Source: Squalus acanthias
Taxonomy: Eukaryota
Length of the DNA stretch: 64,000 nucleotides
Direction: 5' to 3'
Assembly (NCBI GenBank): GCA_030390025.1
Contig: CM059433.1
Coordinates: forward strand, 10,914,001-10,978,000
Below, piece by piece: positions 1 to 11,097 of this stretch. How positions within the stretch are numbered: position 1 is the first letter of the stretch; each line of letters opens with the position of its first letter. The notes under the pieces are model-generated. The model made no database searches. It was given only the letters and a program-made list of their open reading frames with translations, and had not been told where the DNA came from. A program made the translations under genes and the position numbers.

Positions 1-200
1 ACTGCCTCCAATGCAAGTATATCCTTCCTTAAATAAGGAGACCAAAACTGTACGCAGTACTCAAGGTGTGGTCTCACCAATACCCTGTACAGTTGTAGCA
101 GGACTTCCCTGCTTTTATACTCCAACCTCCTTGCAATAAAGGCCAACATTCCATTTGCCTTTTTGATTAATTGCTGTACCTGCATGCTAACTTTTTGTGT
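1..200 (-). mobile_element. CR1 LINE ORF2 fragment (post-RT region), running off the window edge
   Basis: Reverse complement encodes LVRPHLEYCVQFWSPYLRKDILALEA, matching the intact CR1 ORF2 in this window. Confidence 0.9.
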
Positions 201-907
201 TTCATGCACAAGGATCCCCAGGTCCCTCTGAACTGTAGCATTTTGTAATCTCTCTCCATTGTCCGACTTCTTCAGCTTTATTCTTCCAAGGGGACCAGGG
301 TGAAAGTAACATCGCAGCCATGGATCTGGGGTAAACTGTTTGCATTGAAGCATCTTGCATCAGCACCGGTGACACTTACAATGAAAGTAAATGCTCACCA
401 GTTTCATGCTGGTACAAAGCTGGGGTGAAATGTGAAGGGGCCAGTTAAAAACGGTGAACTTGTTTCTTTGAGAATGAATCCGCCAATCCTATATTCTGAA
501 ATTGGACTTTGCACGGATATTTCAATGAAAAAGCTAAAACACACAGTTCTCAACGTCAGGTTGTGAAACTTGGCAACAGTCTGTTCTCAGAGTTGAAAGC
601 CAGCATCTCCTTTCCAAGGCTAAAGTCAGGAATTCCTCTCTTGAGTGTTACAAGTGGTAATCCGTCCTGCCATGGATTAAACATTTGACAATTTGTCCTG
701 ATCATTTATCTGAAGGAAGTCACCTGCTAACCTTCTCGTCTAAGTGTATCTCGCGGTTTTAATTGTATTTGCACTATTATTGTCCACTGTACTATTATTG
801 CCCGAAGCAAAAATATTTTCTCAGACGAGAACCTATGCTACGGGGCTTAAATTCCCCAGCCTCAACAGTGCTCCTCGATGGAACTTGAGCACAGGAGTGC
901 CAACAGG

Positions 908-1707
908 GAAAGAAGAAAGAAAGACTTGCATTTATATAGCGCCTTTCACAACCTCAGGACGTCCCAAAGCGCTTGACAGCCAATGAAGTATCTTTGATGT
1001 GTAGTCACTGTTGTAATGTAGGAAACGTGGCAGCCAATTTGCTCCCACAAACATCAATGTGATAATGATCGGATCATTCTGTTTTAGTGAAATGGGTTGA
1101 AGGATAAATATTGGCCAGGACACTGGGGAGAACTCCCCTGCTCTTCTTCGAATAGTGCCGCGTGATCTTTTGCGTTCACCTGAGAGGGCAGACAGGGCCT
1201 TGGTTTAACGTCTCATCTGAAAGACGGCACCTCCCCGACAGTGCAGCGCTGCTTTACATAGAAACATATAGAAACATAGAAACATAGAATCTAGGAGCAG
1301 GAGTAGGCCATTCGGCCCGTCGAGCCTGCTCCGCCATTCAATACGATCATGGCTGATCATCCAAATCCAGTACCCTGTCCCTGCTTTAATCCCCACAGTA
1401 CACATATCCCACCCTACCCCCGTAACCCCACGTATTTAATTCCCCCTAACATATCCCATCCTATCCCCATAACCCCACATATTTAATCCCCCCTAACACT
1501 AAGGTCAATTTATCATAGCCAAATCAACCTAACCCACACATTTTTGGACTGTGGGAGGAAACCGGAGCACCCAGAGGAAACCCAGTACCTTTGGTACTGC
1601 ACTGGAGTGTCACCCTAGATTTCGTGCTCGAGTCTCTGGAGTAGGACTTGAATCCACAACCTTCTGACTCAGAGGCAAGAGTGCTGCCCACTGAGCCCCG
1701 GCTGACA
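908..1707 (-). mobile_element. tRNA-headed Deu-domain SINE (SacSINE1-like) with L2-type tail, split by a nested SINE at 1257-1585
   Basis: Tail AAGACTTGCATTTATATAGCGCC at ~921 and tRNA-like head at ~1640-1707; collinear with uninterrupted copies at 34404 and 40777. Confidence 0.85.
1257..1585 (-). mobile_element. 5'-truncated HE1-like V-SINE with CR1-type tail
   Basis: Closely similar to 43409-43745; V-domain-like GGAGGAAACCGGAGCACCC on + strand; (ACATAGAA)n tail. Confidence 0.85.
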
Positions 1708-1709
1708 AC

Positions 1710-2297
1710 AGAGGCAGAATTTCTGGCAGGGGCTGCAGATGTTGGGTCTTCCACCCAAAGCCAATTCGGGTAGAGGCCTGGGGCGGCTGGACCTTGCATC
1801 CTTCCCAACCGTGGCCCCGAACATCAGAGTGGGCAGAGCTAAGGGGCGGGGAATTACACACTGAGAATTTTCTAATGCCCAACGATTTGAATGTTGTGAT
1901 GAACTCGGGGTATAGATCCTTCGAGCAATGGAACTGAGGCCCACCTGAGGGACCAGGCATGGATTCTGACCCAGATCCCAAATCGAACTCCCAGTTTTAT
2001 TCGTAGTATCAGCTCCTTTATAAAGAGGACCAATTGGGCTGATTTAAAACAAAAAATGTTGTTAGCTGCTGACACGAGCTACCAAAGGAGCCATTTTCCC
2101 CCATCTCCTTCCTCCTGGTGAATGCCCAGGATGTACCCTGTAGTGCCACGAGCCCCCGCTGGCATCATTCACATCAGGTGGCGCCGCCCTAACCCTGGCT
2201 TCTCTGGCGGGGTCAGGAGTGGAGGTCACCGGAGCTTGGTCCACCGCGCGGCCGCCAGCGGAGAGGGCCCGGGGATTTCCGGCCCCAATTTCTCCTC
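1710..2297. mobile_element. Possible degenerate non-autonomous DNA transposon
   Basis: GC-rich block with weak inverted ends (GAGGCAGAATT / AATTTCTCCTC) resembling the MITE termini elsewhere; no clear TSD. Confidence 0.3.
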
Positions 2298-3039
2298 AAG
2301 TGTCTCCTCGTAACGATAGACTGTCAGCTCTGCTATCATTCTATAGTGTGCGGAGCTCAGTCACACGTTGCCTTTACAACTGAGCCAGTGAAGGATTTTG
2401 AAGCAAAAAGTTTTGATTGTAGAAAATCATGTTGAAAACTTAATTCAGATGAGCTGAACGGATTCCGTGATTTTTATGCTTGCAGAAAAAATGGAAGCAG
2501 TGCCGGTCTAGATTTTGTCAGGTCACACACCATCCTGATGGTGCGGAGACACATATAAAGTATGGTAATGATAAGTTGGAGATTAAAGCCACTTTGTTCC
2601 AGGAGCAGGACTTGAACCAGTGACCTCCTAACTTAGCAGCAAGAGTGCTACAACTGAGCCAAGGTGACCCTGACCACATCGGTTTCAGATGCTGCAGCAC
2701 AACATGAGCATTGCGTGCTGGAGATTATCAAACAAAAAAAGTCAGGCAACAAATATAATTGAAAGTGATCTGTACAGGCGACTTCAGATATAAACAAGAT
2801 ACAGAACGTCTTAGCAGATGTGTGGCATGCTTCTCTGTCATCATGCATCAACCGTATGGCACTGATGGAGTAAGAAAGGGTTACAGAATCAAGCTATGCA
2901 TTCAAATGTTTCAGACAATATAATACATCAGTTTGAAAAAGAAAAGTTCTCAAATCCTAAGAGAAGTACTCCTGCATCAGTAAACGATTTAACATTATAT
3001 CCCATTCTTTATATTTTGAGCAGTCTCAGCCAACTCAAC

Positions 3040-3230
3040 TGGTGATATATAGTTCAAGGCTGTTTGCTGTTGCCCTTAATGCCATTTTTCTTCATACACT
3101 TCTCTGCTCTCATTACTTTCTTGGTCTCCTTTCGTTGCTTTCTATAATCCTCCACATTTTCTTTCTTGCCACTGTTCTTCACCGATACATCTCCCTGTGT
3201 TTAATACTGGTCCCAATCACTCTCGCAGAG
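3040..3230 (-). mobile_element. Old CR1-like ORF2 fragment (EN-RT linker)
   Basis: Minus strand reads KNSGKKENVEDYRKQRKETKKVMR...IKGNSK, resembling the linker of the intact ORF2 (EDWEQFK...KGLIKK...IKTNSK). Confidence 0.45.
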
Positions 3231-3494
3231 GCACGGTTACATCAAACCACAATTGCCTCCTTCGCCGTCGTTGTTGCGAACTGATCCAAGGCTGGGTACG
3301 TAGTGCACACTGCGTTTAACAAACAGTAGAGGAGCCTGGAAAATAGAGTAGTGATATTGTTCTCGGAAATAAGTAACACTAATTTCTAGTTGCGTTTTTG
3401 TCATCGGTGCACCTGTCTTTTGGGTACCAACTAAAAGTACAATATAAAATCGTCAAATACACATCAATGTGCTGGTAAGTGAGAATAGATGAAG

Positions 3495-3935
3495 AGAGCG
3501 CCTTTCACTACCTTAGGACTGTCCCAAAACGCTTTACAGCCAATGAAGTACTTTTGAAGTGGAGTCACTGCTGTAACATAAGAAACGCGGCAGCCAATTT
3601 GCGCACAGCAAGGTCCCACAAACAGCAATGTGATAATGACCAGATAATCTGTTTTAGTGATGTTGGTTCAAAGATACATATTGGCCTAGGACACCGGGGA
3701 GAACTCCCCTGCTCCTCTTCGAAATAGTGCCATAAGATCTTTTACTACCACCTGAGAGAGCAGACGGGACTTCGGTTTAATGTCTCATCCGAAAGACGGC
3801 ACCTCTGACAGTGCGGTGCTCCCTCAGCACTGCACTGGAGTGTCAGCCTAGATTTGTGTGCTCAAGTCCCTGGAGTGGGACTTTGAACCCACGGCCTTCT
3901 GACTCTAGAGATGAGAGTGCTACCCACTGAGCAGT
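3495..3935 (-). mobile_element. Deu-domain SINE (SacSINE1-like)
   Basis: Collinear with other copies; tRNA-like head at 3870-3935. Confidence 0.88.
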
Positions 3936-4432
3936 GGAAAAACAGTCAATGTACATTTTTATTTTAAAAACGAACGGGCTGCCTGCTGGACGACCATTCA
4001 TGCTTTAATACGCAGCCGTCCAAGTGATACAAGAGGGCAATTAAACTGCAGCTCCGTACTCATATTGCATTGAAAGTAGCCAATACAGTTCTGTACCCCT
4101 TGGCGCATTAAACAGCTGAAGACACCTCTCCGGGGAGCATCCCAGTCATAACAACACGTGGTAATAAAACAAAATTTATTTTTGCCTTCGTGACTGGTTT
4201 CGAAATGTGGTCTGAAACGTTTCTTATAGTGACCATAACCCCGTTCGCACAGCCATTCATTTACTGATGCCCTGGGATAATTGAGTAGAATCCCAAGACA
4301 CGGATAGGACATTTTCAACACAAATGTGAAGCTATTGGGGAAGCTAATAGAAATGACAGAGGGCAGTGTTTGAATAATGCTGCTGTTCTCCCCAGAATTC
4401 AGGGGTGGGTGTGCTTTATTTCGCTGTTAACA

Positions 4433-4936
4433 TGTCCAGGGCCCCAAACACCCCTTCCAGGTGAAACAGCGATTCCCTTACACCTCCCCTCTTCCCACTG
4501 TCCAGGGCCCCAAACACCCCTTCCAGGTGAAACAGCGATTCCCTTACACCTCCCCTCTTCCCACTGTCCAGGGCCCCAAACACCCCTTCCAGGTGAAACA
4601 GCGATTCCCTTACACCTCCCCTCTTCCCACTGTCCAGGGCCCCAAACACCCCTTCCAGGTGAAACAGCGATTCCCTTACACCTCCCCTCTTCCCACTGTC
4701 CAGGGCCCCAAACACCCCTTCCAGGTGAAACAGCGATTCCCTTACACCTCCCCTCTTCCCACTGTCCAGGGCCCCAAACACCCCTTCCAGGTGAAACAGC
4801 GATTCCCTTACACCTCCCCTCTTCCCACTGTCCAGGGCCCCAAACACCCCTTCCAGGTGAAACAGCGATTCCCTTACACCTCCCCTCTTCCCACTGTCCA
4901 GGGCCCCAAACACCCCTTCCAGGTGAAACAGCGATT
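4433..4936 (+). repeat. Perfect 66-bp tandem repeat, about 7.6 copies
   Basis: Unit starts at 4433, 4499, 4565, 4631, 4697, 4763, 4829, 4895; units look identical. Confidence 0.97.
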
Positions 4937-5252
4937 TACTTGTACTTCCTGCAATTTAGTATACTGTATTCGCTGCTCACGATGTGGTCTCCTCTACATT
5001 GGGGAGACCAAACGCAGATTGGGTGACCGCTTTGCGGAACACCTCCGTTCAGTCCGTAAGGGGGACCCCGAGCTTCCGGTGGCCTGTCACTTTAATTCAC
5101 CGCTTCACTCCCACTCTGACCTCACCGTCCTCGGCCTATTACACTGTTCCACGGAAGCGCAGCGTAAGCTCGAGGAACAGCACCTCATCTTTCGTTTAGG
5201 CACGCTACAGCCCTCTGGACTCAATATCGAGTTCAACAATTTTAGATCATAA
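4461..5252 (+). pseudogene. Penelope GIY-YIG endonuclease C-terminal ORF remnant preceded by in-frame 22-aa repeats; no RT domain
   Basis: ORF track 4461..5252; GIY-YIG variant LVY...YIG. Confidence 0.85.
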
Positions 5253-5528
5253 CCTCAGCTCCAATCACATTTATATTTTATTTTTTCCACCCTTTTATTT
5301 GCCCCCCCCACCTTTTTTTTCCTCCTAGAAGCTGGCAGCTGTCCTTCATTCTGCCAGTGGATTTCACACTTCTTTCAGCCTTAATCTGTCACATTAACAC
5401 CACCTCTAGCCTTGCATATCTCTTAATGTCTCTTAATGTCTCTTCATCTCCCCCTTTGTTCTTTTATCCCCTCCCCCTTTTCCCAGCTTTACTCTGGCCT
5501 TAAATCTATTTGATTTCCGGCTCTTCAC

Positions 5529-5565
5529 AGTTCTGATGAAAGGTCATCGACCTGAAACGTTAACT
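5529..5565 (+). ncRNA. Minimal type-I hammerhead ribozyme motif in Penelope 3' repeat
   Basis: AGTT-CTGATGA-A-AGGTC atc GACCT-GAAA-CGTT-AACT: core boxes, stem II and stem I AGTT/AACT. Confidence 0.75.
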
Positions 5566-5676
5566 CTCTTTCTCTCTCATAGATACATAGATACATAGAA
5601 GATAGGAGCAGGAGTAGGCCATCCGGCCCTTCGAGCCTGCTCCGCCATTTAATGAGATCATGGCTGATCCTTCAAT

Positions 5677-8622
5677 TCAGTATCCCGTCCCCGCCTTCTC
5701 TCCGTAACCCTTAACCCCTTTTGCCTGTAGAAATATATCTAATTCCCTCTTAAATATATTTAATGAGCTGGCGTACACTGCCCTCTGTGGCAATGAGTTC
5801 CACAGGTTCACCACTCTCTGAGTGAAGAAATTCCCCCTCATTTCTGTCCTAAATGGTTTAGCCCTTATCCTTAAATTATGTCCTCTAGTTCTGTTCTCAC
5901 CCGCCAAGGGAAACATTCCTTCTGCATCTAATCTGTCTAGACCTGTCAGAATTTTATACACTTCTATGAGGTCCCCTCTCAATCTTCTAAACTCCAGTGT
6001 GTACATCCCTAAACTACATAGTCTCTCCTCATAGGTCAATCCCGCCATTCCTGGTATCAGCCTGGTGAATCGCCGCTGCACCCCCTCCATGGCAAGAACA
6101 TCTTTCCTCAGATGAGGCGACCAAAACTGTACACAGTACTCGAGGTGTGGTCTCACCAGTGCCCTGTACAGCTGCAGCAAGGTATCCCTGTTCCTGTATT
6201 CCAACCCTTTTGCTATGAAGGCCAGCATACCGTTTGCCTTCTTGACCGCCTGTTGCACCTGCATGCTCGCCTTCAGTGACTGGTGTACAAGAACACCCAG
6301 GTCTCTCTGTACTTCCCCCTCTCCCAATTTATTGCCATTTAAATAATAATTTGCCCTCCCGTTCCTGCACCCAAGGTGGATAACTTCGCACTTGTCCACA
6401 TTATAGTGCATCTGCCATTTATCCGCCCAATCACCCAGTCTGTCCAAATCGCTCTGGAGCTTCCTGGTCTCCTCCTCTGAGCCCACCCCCCCTCCTAGTT
6501 TAGTGTCGTCTGCAAATTTGGAAATGCTGCATTCGACTCCCTGATCCAGGTCATTAATATAAATTGTGAACAGCTGGGGACCCAGGACAGATCCCTGTGG
6601 TACCCCACTTGTTACTGCCTGCCATTCAGAAAATGAGCCGTTTATTCCAACTCTCTGTTTTCTATCTGACAGCCAGTTCTCTATCCACGTCAATACTTTC
6701 CCCTTTATCCCATGAGCTTCAATTTTCCATGCTAATCTTTTATGTGGGACCTTATCGAAGGCCTTTTGGAAGTCCAGGTACACCACATCTACTGGCTCTC
6801 CCCCATCTATTTTACCAGTTACTCCCTCAAAAAATTCCAATAGATTAGTCAAGCACGATTTACCCTTTGTAAATCCATGTTGACTCTGTCCTATCCTGTC
6901 CCCATTTGCTAAGTGCTCGGCTATTTCATCCTTAATGATGGACTCCAGCATTTTGCCCACAACTGATGTAAGGCTTACAGGTCTGTAATTACCTGCTTTT
7001 TCCCTACCCCCCTTTTTGAATAGTGGGGTAACGTTAGCTACCCTCCAATCCATGGGCACTGTTCCCGAGTCTAATGAATTCTGAAAAATCATGCTTAGTG
7101 CATCCGCTATCTCTAGGGCCACCTCCTTCAGTACCCTAGGATGCATGTTATCAGGCCCTGGGGATTTGTCCGCCTTCAATCCCTTTAGCTTCCTTAACAC
7201 CATATCCTTAGAGATATTGATTTGCGTCAGTTCCTCCTTTGCCAATGTCCCTATTTTTCCCGATATCCCAGGGAGGTTTTTTGTGTCTTCCTTCGTAAAG
7301 ACTGACCCAAAGTATGCATTTAGTTGGTCTGCCATTTCCTTATTTCCCATTATATATTCCCCCGTATCTGACTGCAATGGACCAACTTTGGTTTTCACCA
7401 GTCTTTTCCTCTTGATATACTTATAAAAGCTTTTGGAGTTAGTTTTTATATTTTCCGCCAGCTTGCTTTCGTAAGCTATTTTGCCCTTCTTGATTAAGCC
7501 CTTTGCCCTCCTTTGCTCTATCTTAAACTGTTCCCAATCTTCCGCTCTGGCACGTTTTTTGGCTATTTTATACGCCCTATCTTTGGATTTTATGCTGTCT
7601 CTAATTTCCCCTGTTATCCACGGTTGAGTCACCTTTTTAGATTTCCTTTTATGCCAGATTGGTATAAACAATTTTTGCAATTTTGTCATTCTATCTTTAA
7701 ATGCTTGCCATTGTTTATCTACCTCCAGTCCTCCCAGGAACGTTGTCCAATCAGACCTACTCAGTTCCCGTCTAATGGCATCATAATTCCCCTTGTTTAA
7801 ATTCAGGACCTGAGTCTCTGAGTCAATTTCTTCGCTCTCCATTTCGAGTGAGAAATCGATCATGTTATGATCGCTCTGACCCAAGGGTCCCCGTACAACA
7901 AGATTACTAATTAGTCCCTTCTCATTGCACAGTACCCAGTCCAATATAGCCTGTTCCCGAGTTGGTTCCTCGACATATTGATCCAGATAACCATCCCTTA
8001 AACACTCAAGGAATTCCTCCTCCTCATTATTTTTACTGATTAGGCTAGTCCAATCTATATGTAAGTTAAAGTCACCTATGATGACAGCTGTGCTCTTATT
8101 GCACGCTTCTCTAATTTCCCTCGTGATGCCCTCCCCAACCTCTATTTTACTATTTGGAGGCCTATATACCACTCCTATTAATGTTTTTCGCCCCTCGCTA
8201 TTTCTTAGCTCCACCCATATAGATTCTGTATTGACTGAGTTAATATCCTTCCTTTCAATTGCATTTATCCCCTCTTTTACCAGCAATGCTACCCCTCCTC
8301 CCTTTCTTTTTTGTCGATCCTTCCTAAATACTGAATACCCCTGTATGTTAAGCTCCCAGCCCTGCTCACCCTGCAACCATGCTTCCGTAATCCCAATTAG
8401 ATCATAATTATTAACCTCTATTTCCACAGCTAATTCATCTACCTTGTTCCTGATGCTTCTCGCATTAAGGTATAAAACCCTCAGGCTTTTTTTATGCTCA
8501 CATTTTTTATGAATTAGTTTGGCCCTTTGTTTTTTGTTCCTCTCCTTTTTACCATTTATTTCTGTCTGCCTTTCACTTTCCTCTATTTCACTACATGGGT
8601 TTCTAGCCCCCTGCCATACTAG
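5677..8622 (-). CDS. CR1 ORF2: APE-type endonuclease plus reverse transcriptase (frame open well upstream of the track's GTG start)
   Basis: YLNARS, ITEAW, GDFN, SDH (endonuclease); QHGF, YLDFQKAFDKV, GVPQGSVLGP, FADD (RT). Manual translation shows 65 open codons from 8622 to 8428. Confidence 0.95.
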   Translation of the reverse strand, partial: LVWQGARNPCSEIEESERQTEINGKKERNKKQRAKLIHKKCEHKKSLRVLYLNARSIRNKVDELAVEIEVNNYDLIGITEAWLQGEQGWELNIQGYSVFRKDRQKRKGGGVALLVKEGINAIERKDINSVNTESIWVELRNSEGRKTLIGVVYRPPNSKIEVGEGITREIREACNKSTAVIIGDFNLHIDWTSLISKNNEEEEFLECLRDGYLDQYVEEPTREQAILDWVLCNEKGLISNLVVRGPLGQSDHNMIDFSLEMESEEIDSETQVLNLNKGNYDAIRRELSRSDWTTFLGGLEVDKQWQAFKDRMTKLQKLFIPIWHKRKSKKVTQPWITGEIRDSIKSKDRAYKIAKKRARAEDWEQFKIEQRRAKGLIKKGKIAYESKLAENIKTNSKSFYKYIKRKRLVKTKVGPLQSDTGEYIMGNKEMADQLNAYFGSVFTKEDTKNLPGISGKIGTLAKEELTQINISKDMVLRKLKGLKADKSPGPDNMHPRVLKEVALEIADALSMIFQNSLDSGTVPMDWRVANVTPLFKKGGREKAGNYRPVSLTSVVGKMLESIIKDEIAEHLANGDRIGQSQHGFTKGKSCLTNLLEFFEGVTGKIDGGEPVDVVYLDFQKAFDKVPHKRLAWKIEAHGIKGKVLTWIENWLSDRKQRVGINGSFSEWQAVTSGVPQGSVLGPQLFTIYINDLDQGVECSISKFADDTKLGGGVGSEEETRKLQSDLDRLGDWADKWQMHYNVDKCEVIHLGCRNGRANYYLNGNKLGEGEVQRDLGVLVHQSLKASMQVQQAVKKANGMLAFIAKGLEYRNRDTLLQLYRALVRPHLEYCVQFWSPHLRKDVLAMEGVQRRFTRLIPGMAGLTYEERLCSLGMYTLEFRRLRGDLIEVYKILTGLDRLDAEGMFPLAGENRTRGHNLRIRAKPFRTEMRGNFFTQRVVNLWNSLPQRAVYASSLNIFKRELDIFLQAKGVKGYGEKAGTGY

Positions 8623-9566
8623 TTTAAATGCTCCCGAACTGCTTTATCAAAATTTACCCCGAGAACATCAGTTCCATCTTTGCACAGGTGTAGACCGTCC
8701 CTTTTGTATAGGTCACACCTACCACAAAACTGGTCCCAATGCCTCAAAAATTTAAAACCCTCCCTCTTACACCACTGCTCAAGCCACGTATTTAGCCTAA
8801 CTATCCTGTTCTCTGTACTCTTACTAGCACGTGGCACTGGTAGTAATCCAGAGATTACTACCTTCGAGGTCCTACTTTTTAGCTTGGCTCCTAACTCCCT
8901 AAATTCTACTTGTAGGACCTCTTCCCTTTTTTTAGCTACGTCGTTGGTACCAACATGTATCACGACAACTGGCTGTTCCCCCTCCCCCTCCAGAATGTTC
9001 TGCACCCGTGCCGAGACATCCTTGACCCTTGCACCAGGGAGGCAAATTACCATCCTGGAGTCTCGGTCGCGACCACAGAAACTCCTATCTAATCCCCTTA
9101 CAATCGAATCCCCTATTACTATAGCCCTGCCACTCTTTTTCCCTCCCTTCTTTGCAACAGAGCCAGTCATGGTGCCATGAGCCTGGCTGCTGGTGCCTTC
9201 CCCCGATGAGTCATCCCCCCCGACAACAGCACCTAAGGCGGTGAACCTGTTGCTGAGGGAGACAACCCCAGGGGATTCCTGCACTACCTTCCTGCCCTTG
9301 CTCTGCCTTTTGGTCACCCATGTACTATCTACTCTGGCCTTAACCTGCGGTGTGACCAACTCACTAAATGTGCTATTCACAACCCTCTCAGAATCGTGGA
9401 TGCTCCAAAGTGAGTCCATCCGCAGCTCAAGGGCCGTCATGCGGTCCCACATGAGCTGCAGCTGGACACACTTCCCGCACACATGGTTGTCAGGGACACA
9501 GGAAGCGTCCATGATTTCCCACATGTTACAGGAGGAGCATGACACAGGTCCGAGCTCTACTGCCAT
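8619..9566 (-). CDS. CR1 ORF1p: zinc finger/leucine zipper plus SGNH esterase-like domain, 315 aa
   Basis: CSSC...CGKC, heptad leucines, GDSIVRG, HVGTND, DGLHL blocks. Confidence 0.95.
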   Translation of the reverse strand: MAVELGPVSCSSCNMWEIMDASCVPDNHVCGKCVQLQLMWDRMTALELRMDSLWSIHDSERVVNSTFSELVTPQVKARVDSTWVTKRQSKGRKVVQESPGVVSLSNRFTALGAVVGGDDSSGEGTSSQAHGTMTGSVAKKGGKKSGRAIVIGDSIVRGLDRSFCGRDRDSRMVICLPGARVKDVSARVQNILEGEGEQPVVVIHVGTNDVAKKREEVLQVEFRELGAKLKSRTSKVVISGLLPVPRASKSTENRIVRLNTWLEQWCKREGFKFLRHWDQFCGRCDLYKRDGLHLCKDGTDVLGVNFDKAVREHLN

Positions 9567-9657
9567 GACTTAACCCTTATATTACTTATTAATTTTCTAG
9601 TTTTAGTTTATTTATTGACTTTTGTTTTCCCGAAGCTTACTTAGACCAATGTAAGAC

Positions 9658-9704
9658 CACGGATGCTGCCTGGCCTGCTGAGTTTTTCCAGTGTTTTCTG
9701 TTGT
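9658..9704 (+). mobile_element. Distal remainder of the Penelope 3' repeat split by the CR1
   Basis: CACGGATGCTGCCTGGCCTGCTGAG continues TTTCTCTCTC of 5577 as in the uninterrupted copy at 20940. Confidence 0.85.
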
Positions 9705-9718
9705 GCAAGATACACATG

Positions 9719-10471
9719 GGCCCGTATTTTCCGATCCCTACGGGTGTGTACGCGCTGTGTACCCACCCGTAGGGACATCAGAAATGCCGGTTTCAGGCAT
9801 GCACAGCGCATGCGCTGGAAACCGGCATTTCCGATCTGTCAAGAATCCTCTTGACAGATCCTCTGCCTGCCCTGGAGAAGGGCCTCTGCAGGGGGAGAGT
9901 TCCGCTTTCTGCACAACCTCCGCCCGCTGAAAACCCTTAGAAATCTTACGCCTGGTAAAAGCCTGCGTAAGGCCTGCTTTTACCAGCACAAGAGTTGAAA
10001 AATAAAACATTTTTTTCACTCATTTATAATTTAAAAATACTTTTTAAAAAGGTAAGTTTATTTTTAACCCCGTAAAAAACTTTAATTATTTTTTTTTTAA
10101 ATTAAATTTTTGTTTAAAATGTTTAATTTAATGTAATTTTAACTCATTTTAAAAACGTGATTTAAAAAAAAATGTATTTAATGTTTTAGTGTCTTTTTTC
10201 ATTGATCCCCTATTCATACTTCTGACGGGTCTACCTGTCAAAAGTATGAAGCGAGATTCCCTTCTCCTATTGGCTGGCCTGGCCCACGTGATCCCAGGGA
10301 AGCTTGCGAACCGCCTGCGCCCCTGGGATACGTGGGTCCTGCGCATTTCGACTGTGGAGAGGCCCAGGATCGGAAATGGCCGGACCTCGGGAGCCCTCAG
10401 GTAAGGGCGTAGATTTTTTTCCTATAGGAGGCATCCGCACGCAGGAAGCCTCCTATCGGAAATTACGGGCC
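9719..10471. mobile_element. MITE, PIF/Harbinger-type
   Basis: 17-bp TIRs GGCCCGTAWTTTCCGAT; 3-bp TSD ATG (9716-9718, 10472-10474); AT-rich centre. Confidence 0.85.
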
Positions 10472-11097
10472 ATGGTGTATGCTACTAGCTATAATGTCCT
10501 GGAAGATCACCAGAGGGTTTCCCCACTAAATTTTTAATACCTTTTGTTCTACTTCTGACAATTCGCGGGTTTTAAAAGGATTTGCCACCATTCAGCATTG
10601 CCTGAGGGAACAACATGAGTATTTTGTTAGATGCAGACTGCAGTCTATGACTCTTACAAAGCCTTCCAACCTCGCAGATATCGGTCTCTAAAATGGCTTT
10701 TTGAGGATGTCACAGAGCCAACTTGTTGGAAGTGATCTTCTGATAGCCCATCTTTGTTTTGAAAAAGAAATCCCAAGTTTTTAAGGTAGTAATTTATTAC
10801 GGTGCAAATAATGTCTCATGGGTCATTAATGGTGTCGCAGTCTGTGGCTCTGAGGTCACCTCGGATCACTGATATGCACTGCAGCTGGCAAAAGAGCTTG
10901 TGTTGATACACAGAAGAGCTCAATCCTGACGGGGCTGAGTGCTCACAGACATGAATGAGAGGGGAAACAAAAGAAAAAGTTCCCGGTCTTATCTCGGGTG
11001 CTGTGAGACATGCGCTCTCTGGGGCAGCCCTTGCTGGCCTTCCATGCTCTTCGGGTGTCGGAGCATTGCTTTCCCAGATGTGATGCAGTCTGTGGGG

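Larger units (their letters stand above)
4433..5577 (+). mobile_element. 5'-truncated Penelope-like element (GIY-YIG region plus 3' repeat); continues at 9658-9704 after a CR1 insertion
   Basis: ORF with LVYCIRC...LYIGETKR...R, PVACHFN, E..LIFRLGTLQPSGLN; 3' repeat matches copies at 18075, 20899, 32373, 35864. Confidence 0.9.
5578..9657 (-). mobile_element. Near-full-length CR1-clade LINE with intact ORF1 and ORF2
   Basis: Two open ORFs, short 3' UTR, 8-mer microsatellite tail at 5578-5598, about 90 bp of 5' UTR left. Confidence 0.97.

Noticed and set aside
4433..4936. CRISPR-like array or repeat-protein gene
   Set aside because: No unique spacers, no cas genes, eukaryotic context; the unit is Penelope ORF sequence
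8619..9566. Cellular or horizontally acquired GDSL/SGNH esterase gene
   Set aside because: An esterase-like ORF1 is an established feature of CR1-clade LINEs and it abuts ORF2
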